Virus record (IMG/VR): IMGVR_UViG_3300012017_000779
Location: 1-64,000 of that record
Source: a virus
Length of the DNA: 64,000 bases
Strand: one strand, 5' to 3'
The notes below the pieces were generated by a model, which was not told the origin of the DNA, ran no database searches, and was given only the letters and a program-made list of their open reading frames with translations. A program made the position numbers and the translations under genes. Below, piece after piece: positions 63,591-64,000 of the stretch (position 1 is the first letter of the stretch; each line of letters begins with the position of its first letter).

Positions 63591-63998
63591 TTAACAAGGA
63601 TTAGATAATATAGTAGAAGATAAACCTACTTGCCAAAATTGTCTTTCATCACATATAATATTTTTATTAGAACTTCCACCTACTGTTGTTACATAATCAA
63701 TAGATGCAGGATCTACAAAATTTTTATTTGTTCCATCCCATTCTTCTATACCTATTTCTGATGCAACATTATCAATTCTATTTGCATAACCAGTTTTTGC
63801 ACCAGTGTTCGAAGCAAAAACTAATCCTATAATTTTTCTAACTCCTCCAAAATCAGCAATTAATGCTGAACCTGAATCACCACCTATAATAGGATTAGCA
63901 CATAAAACACTTAAACTAGGATCATTTTCAGGTTTAACAAATTCAAGTTGATCTTGAAAATTTACATTAGTGAATGTACCTTGTTTTCTATATTGTAT
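63591..63998 (-). CDS. Trypsin-like (S1/Nal1-like) serine protease, C-terminal part; gene starts beyond the window; not in ORF track
   Basis: Manual translation ...CANPIIGGDSGSALIADFGGVRKIIGLVFA...GYANRIDNV...SNPC*; GDSGS nucleophile motif plus IIGLVFA strand. Confidence 0.75.
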   Translation of the reverse strand: MQYRKQGTFTNVNFQDQLEFVKPENDPSLSVLCANPIIGGDSGSALIADFGGVRKIIGLVFASNTGAKTGYANRIDNVASEIGIEEWDGTNKNFVDPASIDYVTTVGGSSNKNIICDERQFWQVGLSSTILSNPC

Positions 63999-64000
63999 TG

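Noticed and set aside
1-64000. Stop-codon reassignment (TAG/TGA recoding known in some crAss lineages)
   Set aside because: The standard code gives dense, full-length ORFs including an 11.5-kb one, and TAG/TGA act as real stops at coupled junctions.
1-64000. tRNA or rRNA genes
   Set aside because: Intergenic gaps are short and explained by terminators and promoters; no cloverleaf with a T-loop consensus was seen.

Overview
This AT-rich window is part of a crAss-like (Crassvirales) phage genome, probably infecting an aquatic Bacteroidota/Flavobacteria host (no Shine-Dalgarno sites, A-rich start contexts, a GH16 gene). Two convergent blocks meet at a terminator near 14.4 kb. The + strand block (1-14405) is replication/accessory: AAA ATPase tail, SSB, primase, GIY-YIG and HNH endonucleases, a DUF6878/DUF6915 pair, small cassette genes including GH16, VWA-metallopeptidase plus MoxR AAA, PD-(D/E)XK exonuclease, family B polymerase and a DUF932-like protein. 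The - strand block (14451-64000) is virion-related: a partial trypsin-like protease, two Cys-rich fibre-like paralogues, an IHF/HU-like protein, two ring proteins, the muzzle, three xxxGG-punctuated modular cargo proteins (one with SET and amidase domains), and four giant putative ejected proteins including a 3821-aa virion RNA polymerase (DYDGD). Four observations stand out. (1) The four giant proteins (about 8,300 aa) hold only four cysteines, all at adjoining termini, suggesting a head-to-tail linked cargo chain. (2) About 28 [YFMAKL]xxGG-like motifs delimit modules in three cargo proteins, suggesting processed polyproteins. (3) Effector domains (SLOG, DUF4326-like, GNAT, ART-like) sit in-frame between short direct repeats. 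(4) A repeated gene-junction sequence brackets a cassette array at 3.9-5.5 kb. All family calls come from motif recognition by eye, not database searches.
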